This document shows, piece by piece, positions 12,200-23,829 of a stretch of DNA of 64,000 nt. The DNA is taken from the NCBI GenBank assembly GCA_029953675.1, contig JAMWBK010000012.1, positions 620,001 through 684,000 of the forward strand, given 5' to 3'. Numbering within the stretch: position 1 is the stretch's first letter; the number at the start of each line of letters is the position of its first letter. The position numbers and the translations under genes are program-made. Below the pieces are notes generated by a model. That model had not been told where the DNA came from. It made no database searches and saw nothing but the letters and a program-made list of their open reading frames with translations. The stretch is from Rhodosorus marinus CCMP1338 (lineage: Eukaryota; Plantae; Rhodophyta).

Positions 12200-14197
12200 A
12201 TGGAGGAGGAAGGCAGGATGGAGAAGGTTGCAAATGGCGTCAACGGAGGTGAAGAGAACGGATGCATAGCGGACGATCTGGAGACGTCAGGGAAAGAGAA
12301 CTGGCACAAGGTGGAAGATATGGAAACCGGTGTGGAGAACGCAAGCGAGGGCTATGAAAACCCCTCTGTTGGAGGCGGGAAACGGGAGCTGGGAGGTGCG
12401 ACCTTGTCGTGGAAGGACATCTCGGTGACGGTCAGGCTGAAGAGGCCGAGTTGTTGTGCGAAGAGGCCCAGCAAAAGAATTCTGGAAGGATGCAGTGGGA
12501 TCGTGAAACCTGGAGAGATCCTGTTCATCATGGGGCCTAGTGGGGCGGGGAAGACGACCTTGTTGGATGCGCTGGCTGATCGGATTGCCCGCGGGATGGA
12601 GGGCACGGTCACAATTGATGGACAGCGTGCGAGGAGAAAAGTGCTTCGATACAAATCCAAGTATGTCGAGCAGAATGACTGCATGTACATCTCGCTGACG
12701 GTGAAAGAGACGCTACACTTTGCTGCCCAATTCTACTGCCGCGACAGAAAGGAGCGCAAGGTTCGCGTCGAGGAGACTCTCCAGGTGCTCGGACTGTCGG
12801 AGCAGGCGAATGTGAAGATCGGAGGGGCGCTCTCGCGGGGAATCTCCGGTGGTCAGAGGAGGCGTGTTTCGGTAGGACAGCAACTAATCGCGTCGCCGAA
12901 GATTTTGTTCCTTGATGAGCCGACGTCAGGACTTGATTCTGCCGCGTGCTTCAAGCTTGTCGCGCACCTTCGAACTGCCGCGCAAGACTTTGGGCTCACC
13001 GTCGTTGCCACCATTCACCAGCCGTCAACCGAGGTATTCCTGTTCAGCGATCGGCTGATGATTCTCTCCAATGCGCGTACCGCCTACTTTGGAGCATCAA
13101 GGGATGTGGAAGAGTACTTCAATAATCTCGGGTACGTCCGCCCGGAGCTGAAATCCATCGCTGAGCACGTCATCGACACGGTGAACAGCGATTTTGGGGA
13201 CAAAGAAAAGGTTGAGGCGATCCTCGACGCGTGGCCGTCCACCCCACAATATGAGACGATGCAGAATGAGCTCAGCGACCACGAGCAGCTGCTGCAATCT
13301 CAAACCGGCGTAGATTCGTCTCGTGAAGGAACGAACTGCGCGAGAAGGCGCCTTCGGTGGGGATACCCGACGGGATTCCTCCACCAAACCTGGATTCTTC
13401 TGGTTCGACTTCTGCTGAACACCATGCGGAACCCTCTAGTGTTATGGATGCGGGTAGGCATGTACTGCCTTCTCGCCTTGTTTAACGGAACGGCCTGGCT
13501 CAGAATATACAGGGGGTCGTGTAACGCCTTCGATGTGACCGGGGCGCTATTTTTCATCCTGGCGTTCATGGTGTTTATGAGCATCAGCGTTCTCCCCTCC
13601 TACATTGACGAGCGGTATCTCGTCATGCAAGAGAGGGCGAACGGGGCATACCACGTCGTACCTTTCAACTTGGCGCATACGATTATGGGCTTTGTCATGG
13701 CTGCCCTCCTGGCCGTACCTGCCGGAACTATAAACTATTGGCTGGTAGGCTTTAACTCGGACTTTGGCAGGTACGGTTTCTTCATCCTGAACCTGTTCTT
13801 GACGCTCGCCGTGGCCGAGTCGCTGATGGCCCTCATTGCATCGATTTTCCCGATCGTGATCATCGCCTTTGCCGTCGCCGCGGTCATCCTTGGAGTTTTC
13901 ATGGTGGTCATGGGATATTTCATCGATCTGCCGAACCTTGGGTGGTGGTGGAAGTGGCTGCACTACTTGAGCCTACACTCGTACGCCTTCGGCTCGTTCA
14001 TGGTGAATGAATTTACGGACACATTCTGGCCTTCGTGCGACATCATTCCGCCTCTTTCCGGGTTCCAAGTTTTGCGATTCTACAACTACCTCGGCACCAA
14101 CAAGTGGACCAACACCGCCGTCCTCGTCGGGATGATCTTCTTCTACAGAATCGCCAACACTATCTGGCAGTGGGCCTGCCACAACGCACGGAAATGA
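12200..14197 (+). CDS. ABCG (White-family) half-transporter, NBD-TMD order
   Basis: Walker A GPSGAGKT, signature ISGGQRRRV, Walker B ILFLDEPTSGLD, H-loop ATIHQP, C-terminal ABC2 membrane domain. First ATG is at 12200 (the ORF track starts at a TTG, 12188). No introns needed. Confidence 0.96.
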   Translation: MEEEGRMEKVANGVNGGEENGCIADDLETSGKENWHKVEDMETGVENASEGYENPSVGGGKRELGGATLSWKDISVTVRLKRPSCCAKRPSKRILEGCSGIVKPGEILFIMGPSGAGKTTLLDALADRIARGMEGTVTIDGQRARRKVLRYKSKYVEQNDCMYISLTVKETLHFAAQFYCRDRKERKVRVEETLQVLGLSEQANVKIGGALSRGISGGQRRRVSVGQQLIASPKILFLDEPTSGLDSAACFKLVAHLRTAAQDFGLTVVATIHQPSTEVFLFSDRLMILSNARTAYFGASRDVEEYFNNLGYVRPELKSIAEHVIDTVNSDFGDKEKVEAILDAWPSTPQYETMQNELSDHEQLLQSQTGVDSSREGTNCARRRLRWGYPTGFLHQTWILLVRLLLNTMRNPLVLWMRVGMYCLLALFNGTAWLRIYRGSCNAFDVTGALFFILAFMVFMSISVLPSYIDERYLVMQERANGAYHVVPFNLAHTIMGFVMAALLAVPAGTINYWLVGFNSDFGRYGFFILNLFLTLAVAESLMALIASIFPIVIIAFAVAAVILGVFMVVMGYFIDLPNLGWWWKWLHYLSLHSYAFGSFMVNEFTDTFWPSCDIIPPLSGFQVLRFYNYLGTNKWTNTAVLVGMIFFYRIANTIWQWACHNARK

Positions 14198-15705
14198 ATA
14201 GAGGCTGCGCTGCTCTTCTACTTACAAAAGAGAAGAGAAGACTGAGGCAGTACCAGAAGAAACAATACTGAGTTGCTTGGAGTAAACGACACGGACAGAG
14301 GTGGTCTGGGAACCTGCTGTATTTGCAAACGACGTCCTTCTTCCTCGCTCGCACGCTTCGCTTGTCTTCCGGGTTGCATTGGACACTGATCGAATGCTCT
14401 TTGCGAAGCCGACGGTCTCTCATGGGTATCGTTTGCGACGGTGGCATACGGGTATCTGTGAGCCCTCTGCCTCGCGGTGCTCTGTGTTTCCCAGTATCGG
14501 TAGGCACCTTACGCTCGCCCTTCCCTTCTCTCACTCTCCTTTTAGGACCTGCCTAAATGTCGCATTTTTTGTGGTAACGTTGTACAGGCAACCAACGTAC
14601 CAGGGAGATCGATGGGCACTTCGGCTCGTAAAAAGCAACGGGAAGTTTTTCCAGAAGCTGATGTCAACCTGGGGTGGTGCTCGGTCGAGACAAGAGTTTT
14701 TCACGCCGGAGTTTAGCTGAAGCATCTAAACAGACCGCTACGCCCGTGCTCACCAGGAAAATGTGCTGCTTTCCTGAACGAAAACAGAGGTGAACTTGTT
14801 GAGTATCTTACTGGAGAAAGATTTCCTTTCGGTAACATCGCTTGCATCTCGCAAAAAGGCGAGCCATGCATAGATGCGCGGTTGCTTGGGAGCTGACCCC
14901 CCGCCACAAATCTGGTTAGCAACATCTGATATTGAAGAAAAGGAATCGACTAGTTTGTAAAAAGCCCGGCTCAACTTGAGTGTTATGTCGCGCCCAGAGC
15001 GAAGTCGTGGACTCGCCATCGCGTCAAAAGAGGCACATTTCAATTCCGCGCGGCACTCTACAACAGACTTGCCTGCCTTGTTCGGAGCACCAAAAGCACT
15101 TGAGCTGTGGGAGCTTTGAGCTCCCGTGGAGGGAACTCTCCGAAGTCCGTGTGGATATGACCGGACTAAGTTGGCCTGCAAGGGAGAGGGTGTTGCATCT
15201 TCGAAACCTACGAGTCGCAATCCAATCCCTCAGAGGAGGGGTCAACGCGGTTTGTTGTCGCTCCGAGAGTCATCGGCAATGCTCGTCCTCAATCTTATCC
15301 GTATAAACGAAGAGCGGTGTGGCTACACCATTGGGACCGTGGTTGACGGAATTTTGTTCATCGGGAAGACCGTTGAGAAAAGCGAGTGCGCGATTGGAAA
15401 AGGCAGGAGCCACCTCTGTGAAAGACGAAGACTTTGCACCACCTTAGTAGTTTCACTCCTGCGAGTGGCACCACTGGTGGATCTATTTTCTACGACCTTT
15501 CCTCTCATAACAGAGCAAGACATGATTGCGTGTGCCCGCCCGCCGGCCCCCCTCAAAGGAGCAGAGGAGCTCTGTATGTTAGCTACACACGGTGGCGCCG
15601 AAGTCGGGTAGGCTTAGTTGGGATAAAATGTTCTTATTTGATTACCAGCATAAAGGGAATTGGTCAGCGTACGTATCCCGGAATGGGCAGTTATCACCAC
15701 GCTGC

Positions 15706-16962
15706 TTATGCGGCAGAAATACCCGTCCTTCTCAGCAGAGAATGCAAGGCCGCGGGAGTGGATTGATATAGAACCGATCCAAGTGGCTCTTTGAAACCCA
15801 GGTGATACAGCATCTTGGGGATCATCAGCAGGAGATCCGCCACGGCCGGGTTGACCGTTTCCGTGTGAGAGGAGGCTTCAATGTCGTCGACCACAATGGT
15901 TCCATCCAGCGTGTGGGGGCTGTACACTCCTGGACGAGACACGGTCGAGATCGAGCTCACAACTGATTTCGCTCCACTGGAAACCGTCAGCTCGTCTCCC
16001 ACTTGGACCTTCCTCGCCGCAACCAGGCCTCCCTTAACGAGGATGAAGTGCTGTCCGGAAAGCTCGATTGCGTGCCCGCTCTCTGTCTCCAGCCTCACAA
16101 ACTCTGCGACAGCGTTCGAGTCCTTGTGTCCGAACGCAAATACATCGCTGAACTTGCCTCCAGCAACCATAATCCTGTCTCCGGCCTCCAGTAACCGCAT
16201 GGTCTTCTTGCTGCCATCCTCCAATGACACTGTCGCGTCACCTGGGAAACATACCGGTGACTCCGTCGGCGTCGGGCTCGGCGTTGGGCTCGGCGTAGGG
16301 CTCGGCGTAGGGCTCGCAGTAGGAGTAGCAGATTGTGACACGGTCATTTTTGGTTCACCGGTTGAGGTCTCGCTCGGCATAACGGTTGAGGTTTCGCTCG
16401 GCATAACGGTTGAGGTCTCGCTTGGCATGACGGTTGAGGTCTCGCTTGGCATGACGGTTGAGGTCTCGCTCGGCATAACGGTTGAGGTCTCGCTTGGCAT
16501 AACGGTTGAGGCCTCGCTTGGCATAACGGTTGAGGTCTCGCTCGGCGTACCGGTCGAGGTCTCGCTCGGCGTACCGGTTGAGGTCTCGCTTGGAGTTCCC
16601 GTCTCTGTTGGAGTTGCAGATGAAGTTGGGCTTGCAGTTGGAGTCTCCGTTTGCTGAACTCCGCAGATCACGAGACCTTCTTCTATGAACGGTCGGAAAG
16701 CAGGGGGAACGCATTCTTGAAGACCGTCATCGAGACAATCCACAAAGGCCTCTAGCTCATCACAACACGGACGAACCGTCTCTTCATCGAACTCGCCCCC
16801 TCCAAGAACAACCTCCTGGCAGGTCTGCGAAACAACAGTCTGACACCCTCCGATCAACTCTGAGCAACTCTGCCTCACAGAGTCTGCCAACTTCACCCCG
16901 GCAGCCCCATAACACAAAACACCACAAACAGCCAAAACCCAAACACACCTAGACATCTTCAT
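15706..16962 (-). CDS. Secreted Hedgehog-like Hint/Hog-domain protein, copy 1 (418 aa)
   Basis: Signal peptide, 8-Cys N-domain, 10 x PSETST stalk, TPSP repeats, then a Hint domain: VCFPGDATV...GDRI, FSDVFAFGHKD, IELSGQH, GVYSPHTLDGTIVVDDIEASSHT, plus an SRR-like tail. Confidence 0.92.
   Translation of the reverse strand: MKMSRCVWVLAVCGVLCYGAAGVKLADSVRQSCSELIGGCQTVVSQTCQEVVLGGGEFDEETVRPCCDELEAFVDCLDDGLQECVPPAFRPFIEEGLVICGVQQTETPTASPTSSATPTETGTPSETSTGTPSETSTGTPSETSTVMPSEASTVMPSETSTVMPSETSTVMPSETSTVMPSETSTVMPSETSTVMPSETSTGEPKMTVSQSATPTASPTPSPTPSPTPSPTPTESPVCFPGDATVSLEDGSKKTMRLLEAGDRIMVAGGKFSDVFAFGHKDSNAVAEFVRLETESGHAIELSGQHFILVKGGLVAARKVQVGDELTVSSGAKSVVSSISTVSRPGVYSPHTLDGTIVVDDIEASSHTETVNPAVADLLLMIPKMLYHLGFKEPLGSVLYQSTPAALHSLLRRTGISAA
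16359..16596 (-). repeat. 24-bp coding minisatellite, 10 units, encoding (T/M)PSETST(G/V)
   Basis: Repeated ggttgaggtctcgct(c/t)ggc(a/g)t(a/g)(a/c)c. Confidence 0.95.
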
Positions 16963-17090
16963 CCTCCAACGATCTTACCTTCCTCAACCACACCCCCAAA
17001 AACTCCGATTCAAAATCACAATCTCCCTCTTCTCACCCTCCCTCCCAAAACACCCTTATTCAATGAAGCTCAATCTCCCTCTCTACTCCA

Positions 17091-17097
17091 TTATATA
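17091..17097 (-). promoter_or_regulatory. Putative TATA box of Hint gene copy 1
   Basis: TATATAA ~130 bp upstream of the ATG, conserved in all three units. Confidence 0.4.
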
Positions 17098-17624
17098 CCC
17101 CTTCACCTCACACACCTCTCCCCCCGCTCGTCCATCGCTCCCCCAAACTCTCACAATAGCAGCCGAAAGCAGGAAGTCCAAAAAAAACAAAAAACAAAAA
17201 CTGTACATCATTGGAGCTTATTGACAACGAGGAAATATGCTCACGATTTCTTAGAATTACGAAGAATCTTCTAATGTTTTTTTGGTCCACCTTTATATTA
17301 AGTAATTAATCGCCAGTATTGATTGATTTGTAAGGGGTCCCGCCTTATTCAATCACTAAACCAAGCAGAACGTAAAATTAACTGATTGATTTATCTCTCC
17401 AAAAACCAAAGCAAACAAGAAACCAGTTATTGATTGAATTATTGTTTTTATTTGATTATCAGCATCAAGGGAATTGGTCCGCATCATCGGAGCTTGATGA
17501 CAATGAGGAAATATGCTCACAATTTGTTACAATTACGAAGAATCTTCGTATGTTTTTTTCGTCCACCTTTACATTAAGTAATTAATCGCCAGTATTGATT
17601 GATTTATAAGGGATCCCTCCTTAA

Positions 17625-18164
17625 TCAATCACTAAACCACAAACAGTACTTAAAATTAACTGATTGATTTATCTCTCCAAACACCAAGGCAAGAAACCAG
17701 TTATTGATTGAATTATTGTTTTTATTTTGATAACCAGCATCAAGGGAATTGGTCAGCGTACGTATCCCGGAATGGGCAGTTATCACCACGCTGCTTATGC
17801 GGCAGAAATACCCGTCCTTCTCACCAGGGAATGCAAGGCCGCGGGAGTGGATTGATATAGAACCGATCCAAGTGGCTCTTTGAAACCCAGGTGATACAGC
17901 ATCTTGGGGATCATCTGCAGGAGATCCGTCATCGAGACAATCCACAAAGGTCACTAGCACATCACAACACCGACGAACCGTTTCTTCATTGTACTCGCCC
18001 CCTCCAAGAACAACCTCCTGGCAGGTCTGCGAAGCAGGAGTCAGACACCCTCCGATCAACTCTGAGCAACTCTGCCTCACAGAGTCTGCCAACTTCACCC
18101 CCGCAGCCCCATAACACAAAACACCACAAACAGCCAAAACCCAAACACACCTAGACATCTTCAT
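17625..18164 (-). pseudogene. Internally deleted Hint-gene copy (stalk and Hint domain lost)
   Basis: The N-terminus ...DCLDDG is joined out of frame to the ...gatctcctgc...gatcccc 3' segment at ~17927 through a cgg microhomology. Confidence 0.88.
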
Positions 18165-18722
18165 CCTCCAACGATCTTACCTTCCTCAACCACACCCCCA
18201 AAAAACTCCGATTCAAAACCACAATCTCCCTCTTCTCACCCTCCCTCCCAAAACCCCCTTATTCAATAAAGCTCAATCTCCCTCTCTACTCCATTATATA
18301 CCCCTTCACCTCACACACCCTCTCCCCCCGCTCGTCCATCAATCCCCCAAACTCTCACAACAGCAGCCGAAAGCATGAAGTCCAACAAAACAAAAAACAA
18401 ATTGTGCATCCAGCATCGGAGCTTATTGACATAGAGGAAATATGCTCACGATTTCTTAGAATTACGAAGAATCTTCGTATGTTTTTTGGTCCACCTTTAT
18501 ATTAAGTAACTAATCGCCAGTATTGATTGATTTGTCAGGGTTCCCCCCTTATTCAATCACTAAACCACAAACAGCACTTAAAATAACTGATTGATTTATC
18601 TCTCCAAACACACCAAGGCAAGAAACCAGTTATTGATTGAATTATTGTTTCTATTTGATAACCAGCATCAAGGGAATTGGTCCGCGTACGTATCCCGGAA
18701 TGGGCAGTTATCACCACGCTGC

Positions 18723-20051
18723 TTATGCGGCAGAAATACCCGTCCTTCTCAGCAGGGAATGCAAGGCCGCGGGAGTGGATTGATATAGAACCGATCCAAG
18801 TGGCTCTTTGAAACCCAGGTGATACAGCATCTTGGGGATCATCAGCAGGAGATCCGCCACGGCCGGGTTGACCGTTTCCGTGTGAGAGGAGGCTTCAATG
18901 TCGTCGACCACAATGGTTCCATCCAGCGTGTGGGGGCTGTACACTCCTGGACGAGACACGGTCGAGATCGAGCTCACAACTGATTTCGCTCCACTGGAAA
19001 CCGTCAGCTCGTCTCCCACTTGGACCTTCCTCGCCGCAACCAGGCCTCCCTTAACGAGGATGAAGTGCTGTCCGGAAAGCTCGATTGCGTGCCCGCTCTC
19101 TGTCTCCAGCCTCACAAACTCTGCGACAGCGTTCGAGTCCTTGTGTCCGAACGCAAATACATCGCTGAACTTGCCTCCAGCAACCATAATCCTGTCTCCG
19201 GCCTCCAGTAACCGCATGGTCTTCTTGCTGCCATCCTCCAATGACACTGTCGCGTCACCTGGGAAACATACCGGTGACTCCGTCGGCGTCGGGCTCGGCG
19301 TTGGGCTCGGCGTAGGGCTCGGCGTAGGGCTCGCAGTAGGAGTAGCAGATTGTGACACGGTCATTGTTGGTTCACCGGTTGAGGTCTCGCTCGGCATAAC
19401 GGTTGAGGTTTCGCTCGGCATAACGGTTGAGGTCTCGCTTGGCATGACGGTTGAGGTCTCGCTTGGCATGACGGTTGAGGTCTCGCTCGGCATAACGGTT
19501 GAGGTCTCGCTTGGCATAACGGTTGAGGTCTCGCTTGGCATAACGGTTGAGGTCTCGCTCGGCGTAACGGTTGAGGTCTCGCTCGGCGTACCGGTTGAGG
19601 TCTCGCTCGGCGTACCGGTTGAGGTCTCGCTCGGCGTACCGGTTGAGGTCTCGCTCGGCGTACCGGTTGAGGTCTCGCTTGGAGTTCCCGTCTCTGTTGG
19701 AGTTGCAGATGAAGTTGGGCTTGCAGTTGGAGTCTCCGTTTGCTGAACTCCGCAGATCACGAGACCTTCTTCTATGAACGGTCGGAAAGCAGGGGGAACG
19801 CAGTCTTGAAGACCGTCATCGAGACAATCCACAAAGGCCTCTAGCTCATCACAACACGGACGAACCGTCTCTTCATCGAACTCGCCCCCTCCAAGAACAA
19901 CCTCCTGGCAGGTCTGCGAAACAACAGTCTGACACCCTCCGAGCAACTCTGAGCAACTCTGCCTCACAGAGTCTGCCAACTTCACCCCCGCAGCCCCATA
20001 ACACAAAACACCACAAACAGCCAAAACCCAAACACACCTAGACATCTTCAT
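18723..20051 (-). CDS. Secreted Hedgehog-like Hint/Hog-domain protein, copy 3 (442 aa)
   Basis: As copy 1, but with 13 stalk units; the Hint domain has the same amino-acid sequence. Confidence 0.92.
   Translation of the reverse strand: MKMSRCVWVLAVCGVLCYGAAGVKLADSVRQSCSELLGGCQTVVSQTCQEVVLGGGEFDEETVRPCCDELEAFVDCLDDGLQDCVPPAFRPFIEEGLVICGVQQTETPTASPTSSATPTETGTPSETSTGTPSETSTGTPSETSTGTPSETSTGTPSETSTVTPSETSTVMPSETSTVMPSETSTVMPSETSTVMPSETSTVMPSETSTVMPSETSTVMPSETSTGEPTMTVSQSATPTASPTPSPTPSPTPSPTPTESPVCFPGDATVSLEDGSKKTMRLLEAGDRIMVAGGKFSDVFAFGHKDSNAVAEFVRLETESGHAIELSGQHFILVKGGLVAARKVQVGDELTVSSGAKSVVSSISTVSRPGVYSPHTLDGTIVVDDIEASSHTETVNPAVADLLLMIPKMLYHLGFKEPLGSVLYQSTPAALHSLLRRTGISAA
19376..19685 (-). repeat. 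24-bp coding minisatellite, 13 units
   Basis: Same unit as 16359-16596; 442-418 = 24 aa = 3 extra units. Confidence 0.95.
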
Positions 20052-22149
20052 CCTCCAACGATCTTACCTTCCTCAACCACACCCCCAAAAACTCCGATTC
20101 AAAACCACAATCTCCCTCTTCTTACCCTCCCTCCCAAAACACCCTTATTCAATAAAGCTCGATCTCCCTCTCTACTCCATTATATACCCCTTCACCTCAC
20201 ACACCCTCTCTCCCTCCCCCCGCTCGTCCATCAATCCCCCAAACTCTCCCAACAGAAACCGAAAGCAGGAAGTCCAAAAAAAACTAAAAAAAACTGTGCA
20301 TCCATCATCGGAGGTTATTGACAAAGAGGAAATATGCTCACAATTTGTTACAATTACGAAGAATCTTCCAATGTTTTTTTGGTCCACCTTTACATTAAAT
20401 AATTAATCGCCGGTATTGATTGATTTGTAAGGGATCCCCCCTTTTTCAATCACTAAACCACAAACAGAACGTAAAATTAACTGATTGATTTATCTCTCCA
20501 AACATCAAGGCAAACAAGAAACCAGTTATTGATTGAATTATTGAATCTCTCCAATCACAAAGGTAAACAAAATCAGTTATTGATTGACTTAGGGGGAAGT
20601 CATTAATTCGCTTAGCAACTAGATCCTTTCCAGTATGTGGGAGAAAGGGGGGGGTAAAATATTGATAGCTTTTACAAACTGTGAAATGATAATTACTACC
20701 TTATAAACAAGAATCTTTTACTATAAAATGTACGACTCGTAAATAGGGTTTATATACTAAAATAACGTGTTATATGTATGCGTATTTGTTTTTGTTGAAC
20801 TTTTTAGGGGGAATGATGGGTCGGGATGGTTTTGTTATATAGGGGTGGGATTGAATTTCTGTTTGGGCAACAGTGGGTTGAGCCGCAAAGAGCATCAGGC
20901 AGTTTTGATTGGCTCGGAAAATCGATTTGGAGGGTGCAAATGGTGTACGTGGAGTTTTTCTTTTGGGGGGTTTGAGATGGAGTTTTGTGTTGGTAGATTA
21001 GTTTTACTTGGAATATTCTTTAAGATATTTAATTTATTTTATTGTTGAAATTTTTTTGTTCTTACCCCGACCCCCTTCACACACACCCCCCCCCGCTCTT
21101 TCCATTAAATTCAAAGACGCAAACTCAAAAAGTTCTCTTGTGTAAGTGGTCGAGAGGGAGGGGAAGTTGACTAGGTATCAAGTTGATGGGCTCTGGCTGT
21201 GTGAAGAGCGAGAGATTGGGGGGAGGTCGATAACGCTCCTCAATGCTCCTTCATGCTGCGGGACGACGACGGAATAATATCTTTTTTGCCACCTTATGCT
21301 TTTGTTGCTTTGCTGGGTGTTTGTACTAGAGGTGTAGTAGAGAGAATCACCGGTTTCAAAACCCTTTTCAACTGAGCGGGTTACGGCTTATTGAAAAGCT
21401 CCAAGCAATGCTTTTTAGCAAGGTTCCAAAACTCAAAACGATTTGGATCTTGCCTGTCAAATCGGAGGTTCTGAGGAGGTCCCCCGAGTAGTGAGCACGT
21501 TTCCAGATTATGTTAAAAGCGACATAGAGTCGCGGGAGACCCAAAAGGAAGCATATATTCGAAAAAAATGCCCTAGGGCTATCTCTGAAAAAAGCAGGAT
21601 GATGATGATGGTGATCTAATGAATCCGAATACCTCTGACACTATGGGCAGGCGGCGATGAGGCAAGACCGCACTTAACCCAAGAGTTTGACCATGTCGCG
21701 GAGGACGAAGGGAGTGGGATCCTAAACGGTCAAGGCTGCTGACGAAATTTCTTCATCAACTGGCGGAGAGTGTTATTCGTACGAATAAGAAATTGTGTGC
21801 GAAAAAAAAAAAGAAAAGAGGAGCGTTGGAAGTGTACCGAAGAATTGCTTACGTAGTCTGCATTGTATTTCCCTCGCGGTTGATGGTCGTTTCCGACTCG
21901 ACAAAGGTTTGATTTTCATTGAATACGGGCGGTTGGGATTGTTGACCGTTCGGTTGTTTTGCGGGATCGACCCCCCTCCTCTATATAGCGTAGGAGGCAG
22001 AGTAATTACATTCTGCTTAAGGAATAGACGATAAGGAAAGGCGGCACCGGCGTACCAGGTCGGGTCGAAGAACGGTATAATTAGGGTTACCATGGTAGTT
22101 GGATAGGGGTAGAGTAAAGAAAGGCGTATCTCCGAGCAGCACAGGAGAT

Positions 22150-23300
22150 CCATTGTTGACATGGTCTCGCTTTGGTTGCCGAATTTGGGGTGTTAGAGGA
22201 TCTTTTGGGTGGGGTTCCTGGTACTCAAATACAGCAGAGACCCTAAAAGCGGGTGATATGGCCCGTCCGTTTCACTATTCTCCTGCCTCACTTTGTATCT
22301 CCTACCTTGTTCCCCCATCGGAACCACTGAGAGGTTGCATCCACCCATGCCGTAGTTCGTTAGCATCTCGTGAATATACCTCGTCTGGTGCAACTTTATG
22401 CTCTTTAGATTTCTGTCCCTGGTGACCCTCATTCCCAAAAGTCCTTTATCGGACCCAGGTCCGACACCTCGTATTTCCCTTGGATGTCTGCCTTTATCGT
22501 CCTTTTGTCTCCTGCCTGGGGCCAGCGATTATTATGTCATCGGCATAAACCCCGATGATTACCTTGTCTAGTCCATGAATACAATGATAAACCGCTCCTG
22601 TCTCATCCCAGCGGGCAGGGGTCCGCATACGTCCGAGTGGCATGTCTCTCCCGGAGTAATGCTCTTTCGAAGGTGGCCTTTGAGGCTTCCTCTCATCTTC
22701 CCAGAAGTGCACGCCTCGCACTCCTCGACTCTGGGTGGCTCGCCTTCGAAAACGACTCCTTCCTTCTTCATCCTCTGCAATGCCTCCTGCCCCTGGAGGC
22801 CGAATCGCTTATGAGCGGTCGATGCCTGTATGGCGCGACTCCTATGCGGACTCTCAGACAGTACTACCCTCAGATCCAAATGCCCGCATGTAGCCTTCAT
22901 CACCTCGTACGGTGTTTTCCAATTTAGAAATTTTCTAGGGTAGTTGTTGAATTGATGGCAGTGCCTCGGGCCAAAAGTAGTTCGGAAGTCCACTATCCAC
23001 GAGCAGTGTCCTCAATCTCGAGGTGATCGTACCGATGGCTCGCTCCGCGATGCCGTTGCTGCTGGGATTCGACGCCGTCGGATCCCATGCGATTCCCACC
23101 TTCGCCATGTCGTCTTTCAATCCTACATACTCTCCTCCTCCATCCGAGTGTAGCCTCTCGATCGTCTTATTCCATTGCCTACGTAGGTGTTCTACGTGTT
23201 CCGGGTATAAAGGATTTTGCTGTTTCCCTTTCTCTGAGTAGCGCGAATTTCCAGATACCCACTCTACCTTTTTCCGTGAGATCCAAAGGTCGTTTTTGGT
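22150..23300 (-). mobile_element. Degenerate, rearranged Ty1/Copia internal region (integrase + RT fragments)
   Basis: Integrase core HSDGGGEY...SNGIAERAIGTI...SGLPNYFWPEAL; pre-integrase HKRFG...CEACTSGK...HSDVCGP; RT VYADDIII, LGMRVTRD...LHQTRYIHEMLTNYGM, LLGSLLYLS. Frameshifted. Confidence 0.88.
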
Positions 23301-23361
23301 TGATTAACACGTTCTCCATTAGCGCGTGTCGGTGATCCAAAATAACTTTAAATTCCCTTTT

Positions 23362-23559
23362 TGTTTTATCCTTTATCTATCTTGGATACCCTCCTCTAGC
23401 TCTAATCCTAAGACGGACGGTCGTAACTTCCGTATTTATAGGCTTCCGGTTCATGTCTTGGGGTTGCTAGACTACAATTTTTAGATCTAGACTTATCTAT
23501 TATTAGCCTTGTTTTGGGCTACACTCCCGATGGCTGACTTGTTCGGTCAGGACGTAACA
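23362..23559 (-). mobile_element. Possible LTR upstream of the Copia fragment
   Basis: Minus strand reads TGTTACG...CTATAAATA...ATAAAACA; no partner LTR or PBS found. Confidence 0.3.
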
Positions 23560-23829
23560 TTTGATCAACAAAATTTTTGACAGCCTGTCGAAATCAGAAG
23601 TAATCGTGATTCAATACCTAGACGGGAGATGATTGATTATTGGACTAATCTTGATTGAGAGGCGACGATTTATCGGACATGTTTATCGGAAGGGCAATCG
23701 GACCTGTTTTTTGGAAGAATATCAATCGGACACTCCCTGATTTTATACTTTTTTCAATATTCTATCCACTTCAAAAAATATCGGTGTTGTCGGAAAAACA
23801 GGTCCGATTGCCCGCAAGTGGCGTTTCCG

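Larger units (their letters stand above)
15620..20560 (-). repeat. Tandem array of three Hint-gene units (intact, deleted, intact)
   Basis: atttgat(t/a)accagcat(a/c)aagggaattgg recurs at ~15635, ~17725 and ~18655; the 5' flanks are repeated three times; an extra ~270-bp flank duplication lies at 17205-17745. Confidence 0.92.

Noticed and set aside
14750-15611. 156-aa (-) and 161-aa (+) ORFs after the ABCG gene; VVDGILFIG and LVVSLLRVA faintly resemble Copia RT
   Set aside because: Overlapping ORFs on both strands with non-ATG starts and weak motifs; neither a gene nor a TE call is supportable.
15881-19746. 258-aa and 282-aa plus-strand ORFs with VEVSLG repeats
   Set aside because: Antisense shadows of the Hint genes and their minisatellite.
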